This document shows positions 39,769 through 50,291 of a DNA stretch of 64,000 bases, piece by piece (positions within the stretch are counted from its first letter, which is position 1; every line of letters begins with the position of its first letter). This stretch comes from Tortispora ganteri (lineage: Eukaryota), in NCBI GenBank assembly GCA_003707115.1, contig PPNB01000002.1, positions 496,001-560,000 on the forward strand, read 5' to 3'. The notes below the pieces were generated by a model. That model searched no databases, was not told the DNA's origin, and worked only from the letters and a program-made list of their open reading frames with translations. A program made the translations under genes and the position numbers.

Positions 39769-42279
39769 ATGGCTGTCGATGCTGACCAAGAAGCGCTCAA
39801 GGAAGTGATAAACCAACTCGAGGCCAATCGCAACGACAATCCGCGTACAAGTCACTCCGACCCCGACTCTGATTCTCATACTTTACCTCTACCTCCAGTA
39901 GATGATTACTCGGGCGGCTTGCCTACCCCGGTTCCAGCACCTCGCCCATCGAACCCAGTCCCGCAGAAACAACCGCAGGACTTCAATTTCGGAAAATCGT
40001 TAGGAGAAGGCAGCTATTCAACTGTTATTGCAGCTACAGACCGCCAATCGCTCAAGGAATACGCCATAAAAGTCCTAGACAAACACCACATCACTAAGGA
40101 GAAGAAAGTCAAGTATGTCCATATTGAAAAAGAAACACTCGTCCGTCTCGGCGATCACCCAGGCATCATACAGCTATACTATACTTTTCAGGACGCACAA
40201 TCGCTTTATTTTGTCCTTGAAATAGCTCCTAATGGCGAACTTCTATCCCTCATAAAACGCCTGGGCTCTCTCGACCTCGCATGCACCTGCTACTATGGCG
40301 CAGAACTTCTAGACGCAATCGACTATATGCATTCCAAGGGCATCATACACAGAGACATAAAACCTGAGAATATTCTCCTCAATAAGGATATGCACATCCT
40401 AGTTACAGACTTCGGAACTGCAAAAATAATGGACTACCCCGAAGGCTTGGACTACTCTCCGGAATCTCAAGATTGCCGCGCTAAATCTTTCGTCGGAACC
40501 GCAGAGTATGTTTCCCCCGAACTGCTCATTCAAAAATATGCAGGTAAAATGGCCGATATATGGGCCTATGGCTGCGTGCTTTACCAAATGGTCGCCGGCC
40601 GACCTCCTTTCAAAGCTGCAAACGAATATCAGACGTTCCAGAAAATCGTTAAACTAAGGTTCTCCTATCCACCGGGATTTCCCATAGGCCTTAGAGACCT
40701 TATAAAACAAATTCTCGTTCTAGAACCCGCAAAACGTCTACCTATATCTAAAATCAAGCAACATCAATTCTTATCTTCTATATCTTGGGACAGGGACGCG
40801 CTATGGAACTCTACGCCTCCAAAACTTGCACCATATCGCATAGGTTCGGAAAAGAACTCAGGCATATATAGGCATCGCTCAGCTGAACCTCAAGTCTCTC
40901 GCCCGTCGCACTCGCACTCAAACTCTGGGCCCTCGGCTCCGGCCTTCAATCGCATCATCTCCGGCGTCTCTTCTGTACCTGAAACAGGCGTTCCAACCCC
41001 ATCTGGCAATCTAGGTGGAGTATCATCTGCTGCTGCTGCAACAGCTGCTTTAAGCAAAATATCTCTGCGCTCGCGGCCGACCCCGACTGACAACATATCG
41101 CCGGCACCTAGTCCTATTGAAACTGCAAAACCGTCTCTACCGAAACCATCAATACCGGCAACTCGCCGAGTTCCTTCGTCTACCGGCACTAATTCTGTAC
41201 GATCGACTTCAAATAGCGCTGCACGTTCAAACTCTGCTACTCCACCGCTTCCTGGTCGTGGCTTTGTGGTGTCAACCTTCCGGGCTTCTAAAGGTGACTC
41301 AGAAAACTCCAACGGAAAGAATTCTAAACCTGCATCTTCAACTGTTTCTATTACCAGCAATGAACCCGCCGCTCAACAAAAAAGCGGTAGTTCTTCGCTT
41401 TATGCGTTTTCTGCCGCTACACTTGCTTTTAACGCCATTACTCGTCCGCTCGGTTCTGCCGAGAACAAAAAGCAACGCGAACGAGTGGTCAGACGCCCTG
41501 TTGGCTCTTCATCTACATCTACTGATGTTTCTACTGTCAAGACCGCTCCTCCTGCATCTACTGAGACAACATCATCCACACAGAGCGCACCTGCGCTTGC
41601 AACCACTTCATCTTCTCGGTTATCTGAAACTGACACTATGGCTAGCACTGCTACTCAAAGCACTTCCGGACATTCGCTGCGCGATCCACCTATTTACGCT
41701 AATACAGGTCCATCGAGCAGCATCGCTACTAGAGACTCTCGGAGTATTTCGGTTTCGTCGAAATCTACTTTTGACCCAGCTGCTCTTTTAGACGAATACA
41801 GAGACCAAATCAATGCACATGAGAACGAATCGGTGCTGCATATTGGTATTACTATGGTTTCCTCTGAACCACATTCTTACCTGAACAATATAGCCGACGC
41901 TCGTCGTCCGGATGGTCACATTAGAGACGCAGAAACTGCTGAAGAGAATACTAACAGTATTGCGGGCCGATTCAAGAATTCGAAGTTCTCTAAGTTGTTT
42001 TCACCTAAAAGAAAGAAGCATGTTATTATTGTTACATCTATGGGCCGGGTGCTCATCATTAGGGCAGACAAGTCCAACTGTCAGGAGATTTTGATTGCAG
42101 ATCCTAGTGTGTACATTCGTGAATACCCCTACAACAAGAAACTTGGTGCAGGTCTGTTTTCAATTCAGACTCAGGCTAGAGTATATACTATTGAAGACCC
42201 TAGCGGGACATCGGACTGGATGGAAGCGTTCAAAATTGCCAGCGCTATACATGAAGCTACATTAGACGCTCAGTCTTAG
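39769..42279 (+). CDS. PKH1: PDK1-family Ser/Thr kinase (Pkh/Ksg1) with C-terminal PH-like domain
   Basis: LGEGSYSTV, KEKKVKYV, HRDIKPEN, DFG, SFVGTAEYVSPELL and NEYQTFQKI. Confidence 0.92.
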   Translation: MAVDADQEALKEVINQLEANRNDNPRTSHSDPDSDSHTLPLPPVDDYSGGLPTPVPAPRPSNPVPQKQPQDFNFGKSLGEGSYSTVIAATDRQSLKEYAIKVLDKHHITKEKKVKYVHIEKETLVRLGDHPGIIQLYYTFQDAQSLYFVLEIAPNGELLSLIKRLGSLDLACTCYYGAELLDAIDYMHSKGIIHRDIKPENILLNKDMHILVTDFGTAKIMDYPEGLDYSPESQDCRAKSFVGTAEYVSPELLIQKYAGKMADIWAYGCVLYQMVAGRPPFKAANEYQTFQKIVKLRFSYPPGFPIGLRDLIKQILVLEPAKRLPISKIKQHQFLSSISWDRDALWNSTPPKLAPYRIGSEKNSGIYRHRSAEPQVSRPSHSHSNSGPSAPAFNRIISGVSSVPETGVPTPSGNLGGVSSAAAATAALSKISLRSRPTPTDNISPAPSPIETAKPSLPKPSIPATRRVPSSTGTNSVRSTSNSAARSNSATPPLPGRGFVVSTFRASKGDSENSNGKNSKPASSTVSITSNEPAAQQKSGSSSLYAFSAATLAFNAITRPLGSAENKKQRERVVRRPVGSSSTSTDVSTVKTAPPASTETTSSTQSAPALATTSSSRLSETDTMASTATQSTSGHSLRDPPIYANTGPSSSIATRDSRSISVSSKSTFDPAALLDEYRDQINAHENESVLHIGITMVSSEPHSYLNNIADARRPDGHIRDAETAEENTNSIAGRFKNSKFSKLFSPKRKKHVIIVTSMGRVLIIRADKSNCQEILIADPSVYIREYPYNKKLGAGLFSIQTQARVYTIEDPSGTSDWMEAFKIASAIHEATLDAQS

Positions 42280-42371
42280 ACATGACTTTGTTGCGCTTGT
42301 ACATTCTAATACAAATTGTTGTTCATTTATTATTTATCCATCATGTCATTAAGTATAAATCGCTTTTCTTC

Positions 42372-43790
42372 TCAAAATCCATCACTCGATGAAGAATCTG
42401 AGACCTGTATGTAGGTTTTTTCCTTTGGCACTCTTCTTTTTTTTGGAATCTTTTTTCTCTTTGAAGGAGGAGTTTCCTCGGGGCTAGGTAAGTAAGCAGG
42501 TGGTGATACAGTTTCAGCAGCTGGCACGAAGAAATTCTCAATTTTTGTCTGTTCAGAAGGCACAAGCAATTTGTATGTGCTGTAAGCTCCATACTTAATT
42601 AGCGCTTCAGGAAATTTGAAAGGTTTTGTCATATAAAGATTGGGCAGGTCTCTAAGAGAATAGTACTGGTCGCTTTGTTTAGCGTCTTCTAATTGTTCGT
42701 CTAATTCAAGAAGAGAAACGGGAGCGAAATGTAGTGAAATGCGAGCAGAATGTGTTGTAAGAGTAGCTTTAGCAAAGAAATTTGTTTCTTTTTGTGCAAG
42801 TAGATGTGAAGCATAAGCAGGAGCAAAAATGTGAGCAAATTTTAGTATTCCATCGACGCCTTTGAATCCAGGAAGGTTAATTGCAATTCTGTCATATATC
42901 TGAGAAATATGTGACTTTTGAGGATACGAAAATGGATCAATATGGCTGACAATTGGGGCTGAATAAAGATTAACTATATTCATTGGAGGAAACGAATCAG
43001 GTATTGAAGCATTTGTCCTTTTCGAGAGAATCTTTTCTTTGTTATTATGCAATATATCATTAACATATGCACGCCATTCTGCAATTTTATCATAAGAGTT
43101 TGACCTTGTTGCTTCAGCGAGTTTAGTGCCGAGTTCATTTTTGGCTAGAGCAAGCGCAATTGTGACTCCAATACCTTTTAAAGCCGTTGTATCGTAATCA
43201 CCACCTGCCATTAGTGCTATTAATTGAAACCCTTCTGTAGATAACCCGTTTGGTGTGCATAATTCCACTAGCGTAGAGTCACTGAAACCATCAGAGGCAC
43301 GTATAAGTGAGGAAGCGCCAAATACGAACGAATCGACATCTTCAGATATAATGAAATCGACAATTGATCGTTTCTGCAAGGAAACACATTCTGCTTCTGC
43401 TTCCCCTGGAGCCTGGAACCATCTGAACCCAAAATCTGTGATCCAACGTTTGTATACTTCAATTATAGGATCAAATACATGGTTGATTTCACGATTTCGT
43501 TTCCATGACGGCCTTTGTGGGCCATCAAGAACAAAAACTGCATCAATATTACATTTAAAAAGATGTATTAATCGAAGTAGAGTTGTTCTTTCTGGCATTA
43601 ATGTCTTCACTATACCGTCAAGGTTAGTGATATTCTCTGACTGGATCTTCCATATGGAGAAGTCGATCGCAACCCGTGGACGTCGATCATGTTCTAGTAG
43701 GAAATCTGCAGATAAATCAGCCAAATGCACTTGTCTAACATTAATTGCTTTCTTATTTATAAGCTCTTTCCACAATCCAGTCACCCCCAT
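42372..43790 (-). CDS. YEN1: XPG/Rad2-family nuclease, Holliday junction resolvase Yen1/GEN1-like
   Basis: MGVTGLW, RVAIDFSIW, FVLDG, APGEAEAEC, SEDVDSFVFGA and GGDYD...GIG. Confidence 0.8.
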   Translation of the reverse strand: MGVTGLWKELINKKAINVRQVHLADLSADFLLEHDRRPRVAIDFSIWKIQSENITNLDGIVKTLMPERTTLLRLIHLFKCNIDAVFVLDGPQRPSWKRNREINHVFDPIIEVYKRWITDFGFRWFQAPGEAEAECVSLQKRSIVDFIISEDVDSFVFGASSLIRASDGFSDSTLVELCTPNGLSTEGFQLIALMAGGDYDTTALKGIGVTIALALAKNELGTKLAEATRSNSYDKIAEWRAYVNDILHNNKEKILSKRTNASIPDSFPPMNIVNLYSAPIVSHIDPFSYPQKSHISQIYDRIAINLPGFKGVDGILKFAHIFAPAYASHLLAQKETNFFAKATLTTHSARISLHFAPVSLLELDEQLEDAKQSDQYYSLRDLPNLYMTKPFKFPEALIKYGAYSTYKLLVPSEQTKIENFFVPAAETVSPPAYLPSPEETPPSKRKKIPKKRRVPKEKTYIQVSDSSSSDGF

Positions 43791-44000
43791 AGCTTGGTTA
43801 ATGACAAAAATACGTGCAGTAGTTCTGCTTGGTTATTGTTTAATTATACCCAAATGGGAGATGTAATTAAATAGGGTTAGGGTAATCAATTTGGGAACAT
43901 CAACATTTTCAACCATTTTTACGATCTTTCTGTATCTAGTTTTTCTTTTCAGTTATTACAACTATTTGTTACCCCTCAAACCTTTCTATATAATAAAGCT

Positions 44001-45347
44001 ATGAAAATTAAAGCACTTAGTAGGTCAGCCGACACATATATACCATCAAAAAATAGCGAGGGCCCGCGCGTTTCACGGAACTTAGATCCAGCGCTGCACC
44101 CATTCGAAAAGGCGCGAGAGTACACAAAAGCATTGACTGCAACCAAACTTGAACGAATGTTTGCACAACCGTTTATTGGTCAGTTAGGTCATGGTCATAT
44201 TGATGGTGTGTACAGCTTATGCAAGAATGCGCGTAGTTTGAATGAGATCGGCAGCGGTAGTGGCGACGGCGAGATCAAGTTCTGGGACTTGACTACGCGG
44301 GACGAAGTTTATGGGTTCCAGGCGCACTCGGGTATGGTAACTGGCATGGCATTCACTAGCGATAGAAGTATGTTATCTTGTTCAAGCGACAAGACTGTGA
44401 AACTATGGAATGTTTCTGGACGTGAGACTGAACCGCAGCGTGTGTTCATGGGCGATTACGGATTCAACAGCATCGATACTCACCGAAATGAAGATACATT
44501 TGTGACTGGATCAACTGTTGTGCATGTATGGAATCAGACAAGAAATAAACCTATTAGTACAATGAACTGGGGCGCCGACACGGTATCTGCGGTCAAGTTC
44601 AACCAGACCGAAACGTCGCTAGTAGCTTCCTGTGGTAATGATAGGACGATTGTGATCTACGATCTTCGCAGTTCGAGTCCTGTGCAGAAACTAACAACTT
44701 CATTAAAAAATAACTGTTTATGTTGGAACCCCATGGAGGCTTCTGTGTTCGCTGCAGGCAACGAAGACCACAATACCTATATCTATGATATGCGGTACTT
44801 ATCGCGGGCTATGAATATCATGAAAGACCATGTCGCTGCGGTTATGAGTGTAGACTTCTCGCCTACGGGACAAGAGGTTGTTTCTGGTTCTTATGATCGC
44901 ACTTTGCGCATCTACGGGTTGAGAGACGGGCATTCGCGCGACATTTACCACACGAAACGTATGCAGCGCGTATTCAGCGTGGCGTTTTCAATGGATTCCA
45001 AGTATGTATTATCTGGATCAGACGACGGTAATGTCAGATTATGGCGCACCGAGGCTAGTAAACGGTCAGGGATAAAGAGCGCCCGTGAACGTATCGCACT
45101 AGAAGAGCGCGAGGCACTCAAGGAACGGTACAAACACATGCCTGAAATTCGACGCATAAGTCGACATAGACATCTGCCGAAATCTGTGAAGAAAGCACAG
45201 GAAATCAAGGCCACAGAAATCGCTAGTCTGAAGCGGAAAGAGCACAACAGGAGAAAGAACAGCAAACCCGGTTCAACTCCTTATGAAAAAGAGCGTGAGA
45301 AACATGTTGTAGGTGTTTCCATTGACGAATCAAAAAAATCTGCATGA
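44001..45347 (+). CDS. SOF1: U3 snoRNP WD40 protein Sof1/DCAF13
   Basis: RNLDPALHPFEKAREY, DIYHTKRMQRV, SGSDDGNVRLW and RISRHRHLPK. Confidence 0.97.
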   Translation: MKIKALSRSADTYIPSKNSEGPRVSRNLDPALHPFEKAREYTKALTATKLERMFAQPFIGQLGHGHIDGVYSLCKNARSLNEIGSGSGDGEIKFWDLTTRDEVYGFQAHSGMVTGMAFTSDRSMLSCSSDKTVKLWNVSGRETEPQRVFMGDYGFNSIDTHRNEDTFVTGSTVVHVWNQTRNKPISTMNWGADTVSAVKFNQTETSLVASCGNDRTIVIYDLRSSSPVQKLTTSLKNNCLCWNPMEASVFAAGNEDHNTYIYDMRYLSRAMNIMKDHVAAVMSVDFSPTGQEVVSGSYDRTLRIYGLRDGHSRDIYHTKRMQRVFSVAFSMDSKYVLSGSDDGNVRLWRTEASKRSGIKSARERIALEEREALKERYKHMPEIRRISRHRHLPKSVKKAQEIKATEIASLKRKEHNRRKNSKPGSTPYEKEREKHVVGVSIDESKKSA

Positions 45348-45503
45348 TTTTTCTTTTCTTCTTTTATATTTACTTACGCCTATTAATGACAATATTTTGA
45401 AGCTTTGCAGTCTATTAGCTTTACCTTTCAACCCTCAACCCTAACACTGACAATCGTAATCCCTTACATACATCCTGCTCATTCTATCAATCAAGAGACC
45501 AAC

Positions 45504-47792
45504 ATGGATTCGCTGAACTCGTTCGTCAGCAATCTAGACGATATAGACGAGTCTTCATATGACCCATGGATGGATTCTGTGCCCTCACAATCGGTGCTGC
45601 CGGCTGTAGGGACGCCCGAGTCACAATCCCGTATGAACTCGATGCTGCAGCATTCGACGCTTCCCGAATCATCAGCCACCGTTTCGAACGAATCTATAGC
45701 TGAGTCGTCTGATCTATCTGTCGAACAGAAATGTGAAGAGCTACAAAAACGGCTAATAGTGGCGTCAAGCAATGGCAAGCTCACCGATGTTAAAGAACTT
45801 CTCTCAGCGCCCTGCGCCGCCTACATTGCCATTGACGGCACTGACAGCGACGGTGCCAGCGCGCTCGTCTACGCAGCTTGTTTTGGGCACTTAGAAGTTG
45901 TTAAAGAGCTCCTTCAGGCGGGCGCAGATCCAGATATTCAGGACAAGTTCGAATGGACGCCACTCATGTGGGCTGCAAACAACCACCACACAGAAATTGC
46001 GTCTCAGTTGTTGGACTCTGGTGCCTCTCTAGATCTCAAAACTGCCGCAGGCCGCTCAGCTCTTGATTTTATCAGCCCAGGAACTGAATTGGCAGAACTT
46101 GTTAAGAAAAAGGGCTTCTTTCTACACGGTACTGCTGCCACCGCAACAGCCGCTGCTGGCGTTAGTGCCCTCGACAACGTCGACGACTTCTACAGCCCGG
46201 CAAACTTGCCTCCAACTGAAGATGACATGTTCGACCAATCCCGCCAGGATAAACTGCGCTTTGAATCAATGCTCAATGACGACGTAAAACTCGATACAAG
46301 TTGGATCCAGGACGATTTTCCCGCAGAACCCACAGAGGACGATATTCTAAACTTACCCGATTTTGACTGGAATAGGTGTCTCCCTGGCCAAATGTTCGTC
46401 TTTTCAGAGTCAGACATTGACCTTATTCTTGACACGTCTATATCCAAAATGCAGCCGCAGCGTTCTACTACCCAGAAACCTATACCTGCTAATGTCATCT
46501 TTCTCTCGGCACGGTTTGCTCTCTCCAGTGGCGATGCAAACCTGCTCGAAAACTTGCTAACTCCAGCTTTTGATAGAATCAGCGATGTTGTGCATTCACA
46601 CAAAGAAGATCCTTCTTTCCTGGCATATTGGTTATCCAACTGCTGTCTGCTGCTCTACTACCTGAAAAAGGACACTCAATTGGCTCCCGTCACTAAAAAG
46701 TACCAGTACAAACTACATGACCTAACATCTGAGATATATACTTTTGTTCATCGTGACGCTATACGCCTGATGGAAAAAGTTCTGGACCAATCCATGCTTG
46801 AACATGACACTATCCCCGGCCTTGATGATGTTCAGTTCCAGCATGAATGGCGGCTATTCCGCCGCAAGAAAACACACCACAGCTTTGCAGAACAAGATGG
46901 CCCTGCATACCTTCCTCCTCCCCCAAAAGAGAAGGCTAAACCTTCACCACGTTTGATCACATCTATACTAAGTTCGATCCTGTTTCTATTTGAACTCTAC
47001 GATGTCCATCCAGTCATATCAGTTCAAGTAATGCAACAATTGTTCTATTGGCTAGGTGCAACAATATTCAATCGCGTCCTCTCAAACCACAAATATCTTT
47101 CCCGCACGAAGGCTATGCAAATCAGAATGAACATTTCAATGATAGAAGACTGGTCCTCCTCAAACAATTTCACCCCGAAATTCGCCGATGATTCGCGCGA
47201 TTTCCCTGAAGATCTTATTGATCTAGCACGAACATACCTAGCAAACCCAATTCAACTTCTACAATGGCTGCAGTGCTTTTCAGGCCTTGAAGATGATTTT
47301 GATGGTCTTATAAATACCATCCAACAACTCAAGGCACTCACCCCTGAGCAACTTCTCTACGCAGTAAACCATTACCGTGCGGAAGTAGGTGAACCTTCCC
47401 TTTCAGCTACGAGCAAAGGGTATATTAAAGACACGGACAAGAAATTTCGCATCCAGATGCAAGAGAAAGAAGAGAAAAGCAACACTGCAGAGATAAAATC
47501 ACCAAGGCCACCAAATACTGGTCTTTTCATGGATGCTTCTTATGTACTACCGTTTTCTCCTCCTAGCTACCACGAGATGTTTGAAGCGTGGGGCGCCGGA
47601 CTCGGAGGAGTCAATACTGCGAATGCAAAGAAATATCAGCCTTCTCTTCCTCTTGAGTTTGTCTCAGCACTGGATGACGCAATGAGCAGCGGCTTGTCTG
47701 TTCCAAAGCGTGCTGTCCCGAATAGCATGGGCCGAGATTGGGATGATTTAGGTACTGGAACTGGGTCTAGTACAAATAACAACTGGTCTTAA
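45504..47792 (+). CDS. Ankyrin-repeat plus DIL (dilute) domain protein, YPR089W-like
   Basis: Ankyrin repeats (LVYAACFGH, WTPLMWAANN) and a DIL region (FNRVL...AMQIRMNISMIEDW...QLLQWLQ); ATG at 45504. Confidence 0.85.
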   Translation: MDSLNSFVSNLDDIDESSYDPWMDSVPSQSVLPAVGTPESQSRMNSMLQHSTLPESSATVSNESIAESSDLSVEQKCEELQKRLIVASSNGKLTDVKELLSAPCAAYIAIDGTDSDGASALVYAACFGHLEVVKELLQAGADPDIQDKFEWTPLMWAANNHHTEIASQLLDSGASLDLKTAAGRSALDFISPGTELAELVKKKGFFLHGTAATATAAAGVSALDNVDDFYSPANLPPTEDDMFDQSRQDKLRFESMLNDDVKLDTSWIQDDFPAEPTEDDILNLPDFDWNRCLPGQMFVFSESDIDLILDTSISKMQPQRSTTQKPIPANVIFLSARFALSSGDANLLENLLTPAFDRISDVVHSHKEDPSFLAYWLSNCCLLLYYLKKDTQLAPVTKKYQYKLHDLTSEIYTFVHRDAIRLMEKVLDQSMLEHDTIPGLDDVQFQHEWRLFRRKKTHHSFAEQDGPAYLPPPPKEKAKPSPRLITSILSSILFLFELYDVHPVISVQVMQQLFYWLGATIFNRVLSNHKYLSRTKAMQIRMNISMIEDWSSSNNFTPKFADDSRDFPEDLIDLARTYLANPIQLLQWLQCFSGLEDDFDGLINTIQQLKALTPEQLLYAVNHYRAEVGEPSLSATSKGYIKDTDKKFRIQMQEKEEKSNTAEIKSPRPPNTGLFMDASYVLPFSPPSYHEMFEAWGAGLGGVNTANAKKYQPSLPLEFVSALDDAMSSGLSVPKRAVPNSMGRDWDDLGTGTGSSTNNNWS

Positions 47793-47923
47793 ATAATTGT
47801 ATAAATTATTATGATTATTATTGTGCACAAGAGCCGAAAAGAGAAAAAAGAAACCGGACATTCTCATTATTCAATGAAACTTTAGTAAAGGTTTCTCAAC
47901 TGAAGAACTCTTCGGCATGAGAA

Positions 47924-49405
47924 TTATTGTGACCGGTTTTCTTTCCCGCTGAACAAACTCGTAATTCGCTTCCCTATAGACGTCTTTCGGCCTAACGGAT
48001 CTGACTGTGATGATTTCACATTCTCCTCGCGCTTTTCTTTAACTCCATTATCTGAAATCTGCCGTAATGAAAAGTATCGACGTTCCTGTTTGGAAGAAGA
48101 AGAAAGCGCCGCAGATGCAGCGCGCATCCTGTAAGTAGCTGCTCTAGCTTTATATTTTGGATCTGGCTCAGGTGAATAATTAACAGCATACTCGATTTGC
48201 TGAGAGAGAATAGACTGAGCTTTCCCCGAGAGCGCATTTTTTACCCTCTCTTCCAGTTTCTGAATTCTTAGTTCTAGCGTGTTATATTGTTCAGAACGTA
48301 TTTGGATCGCATTTTCTAGCATATGAAGATCAGCAATAAGAGCCGTTTTTTTATTGGAAAGTACCTCTATCTGTTCATTGTATTGATCCATCTGTGACTG
48401 ATAGTCAGCTGGGGCAATTTGAGGTATGCTATCAATTTTCGTCTCAAGACTATCAAATTTCTCTAGTAGTTGTTCAAGAAGTTTCTGGTTTGGTGAGGGG
48501 TCGTTAATGCTCGCTTTATCGAGTTTCTGCGTGATGTTGGATTCGATAGTTTTCGTAGAGGCCGCAATAACATCTGATAACTCAGATGCATTTTTTTGAA
48601 TCGTTGTAGATATCTCATTAGTAGTAGTTTCACGTTCTTGTCGTATTAGTGCTAATTCATTTAAAGAAAGTTCATTTGCTTTTGACAGAGACTGGATGGA
48701 GGAGATTATGGGTACTAGGTGTGCGGAAAGAATGCAATCGGTATCGGACTTTGATGGCAGTGATACAAGCTGTTCTGAGAGCTTAGGCAGCTGAGACTTC
48801 ATGTCCGTTAATTGTATTTGAATATCAGCAAAACAATCAACTAACGAATGAATATTTTGCAGAAGAGATTGCTGTGCCGCGAGTTGAGTTTCTGTATTTT
48901 GTATTGACTGAGATAGGGCAGGAATCTCTGCCATAGGGCCACGAACAGATTGTGCTATTTCATTGATGGCGCTGTAAGTTGCAGCTGCTTCAGATGCAAC
49001 CTTAGAGGTGCATTCAATGTTAAGTTCTACCTGTTTTCCGAATCCTTCTATGGAATTCTGAACGCTTGATCCTATATCAGAAAGTTTCTGGGTGAGGACG
49101 ATAAGGGAGCTGCCATTATCCTTTGATCTGTACACGAGGCCTTCAAATTCTTTAGATATACCATCAAGTGTGGACTGTATAAATGTGCATACCGATTGTA
49201 GCGAGTTCAATGCGTGCAAGATATCTTCAGTCTGAGTGGAGGACTTGTTAACCTTCTCCATATGGCTTTTGACGTAGAAATGGCGCGAAGGCGATCTGTC
49301 AGATAGGATAACGCCAGACGAGTTCGGGGAGTTTTGTGAAGTAGGAGGGTCGCTTAATAGCTTTTCATCGGAAGATTGAGGGGATTTCTTTTGTGCGAAC
49401 CCCAT
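47924..49405 (-). CDS. Hypothetical coiled-coil protein
   Basis: 493-codon ORF with heptad-rich helices, several SP sites and a terminal KEN sequence; family not recognised. Confidence 0.75.
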   Translation of the reverse strand: MGFAQKKSPQSSDEKLLSDPPTSQNSPNSSGVILSDRSPSRHFYVKSHMEKVNKSSTQTEDILHALNSLQSVCTFIQSTLDGISKEFEGLVYRSKDNGSSLIVLTQKLSDIGSSVQNSIEGFGKQVELNIECTSKVASEAAATYSAINEIAQSVRGPMAEIPALSQSIQNTETQLAAQQSLLQNIHSLVDCFADIQIQLTDMKSQLPKLSEQLVSLPSKSDTDCILSAHLVPIISSIQSLSKANELSLNELALIRQERETTTNEISTTIQKNASELSDVIAASTKTIESNITQKLDKASINDPSPNQKLLEQLLEKFDSLETKIDSIPQIAPADYQSQMDQYNEQIEVLSNKKTALIADLHMLENAIQIRSEQYNTLELRIQKLEERVKNALSGKAQSILSQQIEYAVNYSPEPDPKYKARAATYRMRAASAALSSSSKQERRYFSLRQISDNGVKEKREENVKSSQSDPLGRKTSIGKRITSLFSGKENRSQ

Positions 49406-49676
49406 AATGGCATCAGATGCGGCGTAAATATGCGGGTTGATGTGTACGCGGCTACAGGGTAAAAAGTAAACAAATAGGGTATGGGAAAGTAGAATGGGGT
49501 GGGTGGGTGAGTGAGCATATGTGAGTATAATGTAGGGTTTATGTTGTTATAGCAACCTATTAAGGGTTTTTTTTAGCTGTCACGGTGTATAACATTTCTA
49601 ATGGCCAGCATTTTGGGAACAAGCAAGAACGGTTTTGGACGCATCCACCTTAGGACTAACCACATACATATCTATA

Positions 49677-50087
49677 ATGCCTAAATTTTTAAAGCCTGGC
49701 CGAGTTGCCATTATTACACGAGGACGTTATGCTGGTAAGAAAGTAGTTATTATTAAACCCCGCGATGATGGTACTAAGAAGCACAAATTCTCACATGCTA
49801 TTGTTGCAGGTGTTGAACGTTACCCTTTGAAGGTCACTCGCACCATGGATGAGAAGAAGATTGCTAAACGAACGAAAATTAAACCATTTATCAAGGTCAT
49901 CAACTACAATCACATCATGCCTACTCGTTATACTATTGAGCTCGATTCACTTAAAGATGTTATTTCTGATGAAACCTTTAAGGAGCCTTCTCAGCGGGAG
50001 AATGCTAAGAAGACCATTAAGGCTGCTTTTGAGGCTAAATATCAAGCCGGCAAGAACAAATGGTTTTTTACTAAATTGAGATTCTAA
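49677..50087 (+). CDS. RPL27: 60S ribosomal protein eL27
   Basis: [10 protein letters not shown]...[20 protein letters not shown] and [15 protein letters not shown] at 49677. Confidence 0.98.
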   Translation: MPKFLKPGRVAIITRGRYAGKKVVIIKPRDDGTKKHKFSHAIVAGVERYPLKVTRTMDEKKIAKRTKIKPFIKVINYNHIMPTRYTIELDSLKDVISDETFKEPSQRENAKKTIKAAFEAKYQAGKNKWFFTKLRF

Positions 50088-50291
50088 ACAAAAAATCGTT
50101 CATGTAGTCTATGCTTTATGCGTGATGATTTTATTTAGCCTAAGTCTTTTAAGCAGAAAAAAAAAAAAGAAAAGATATAAAAGAAAAAACATGATCTTGA
50201 GATATTTCCTAGACAAGGCGAAGAAAAACCTTCTATGTGCCTATTGTAGACCTACCACTTTCTCCCTCTTCTTTTATTTTTTTGCACCACC

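Noticed and set aside
49654..49659. ACTAAC branch-like site before RPL27
   Set aside because: No AG before the ATG, and the protein N-terminus is already complete.
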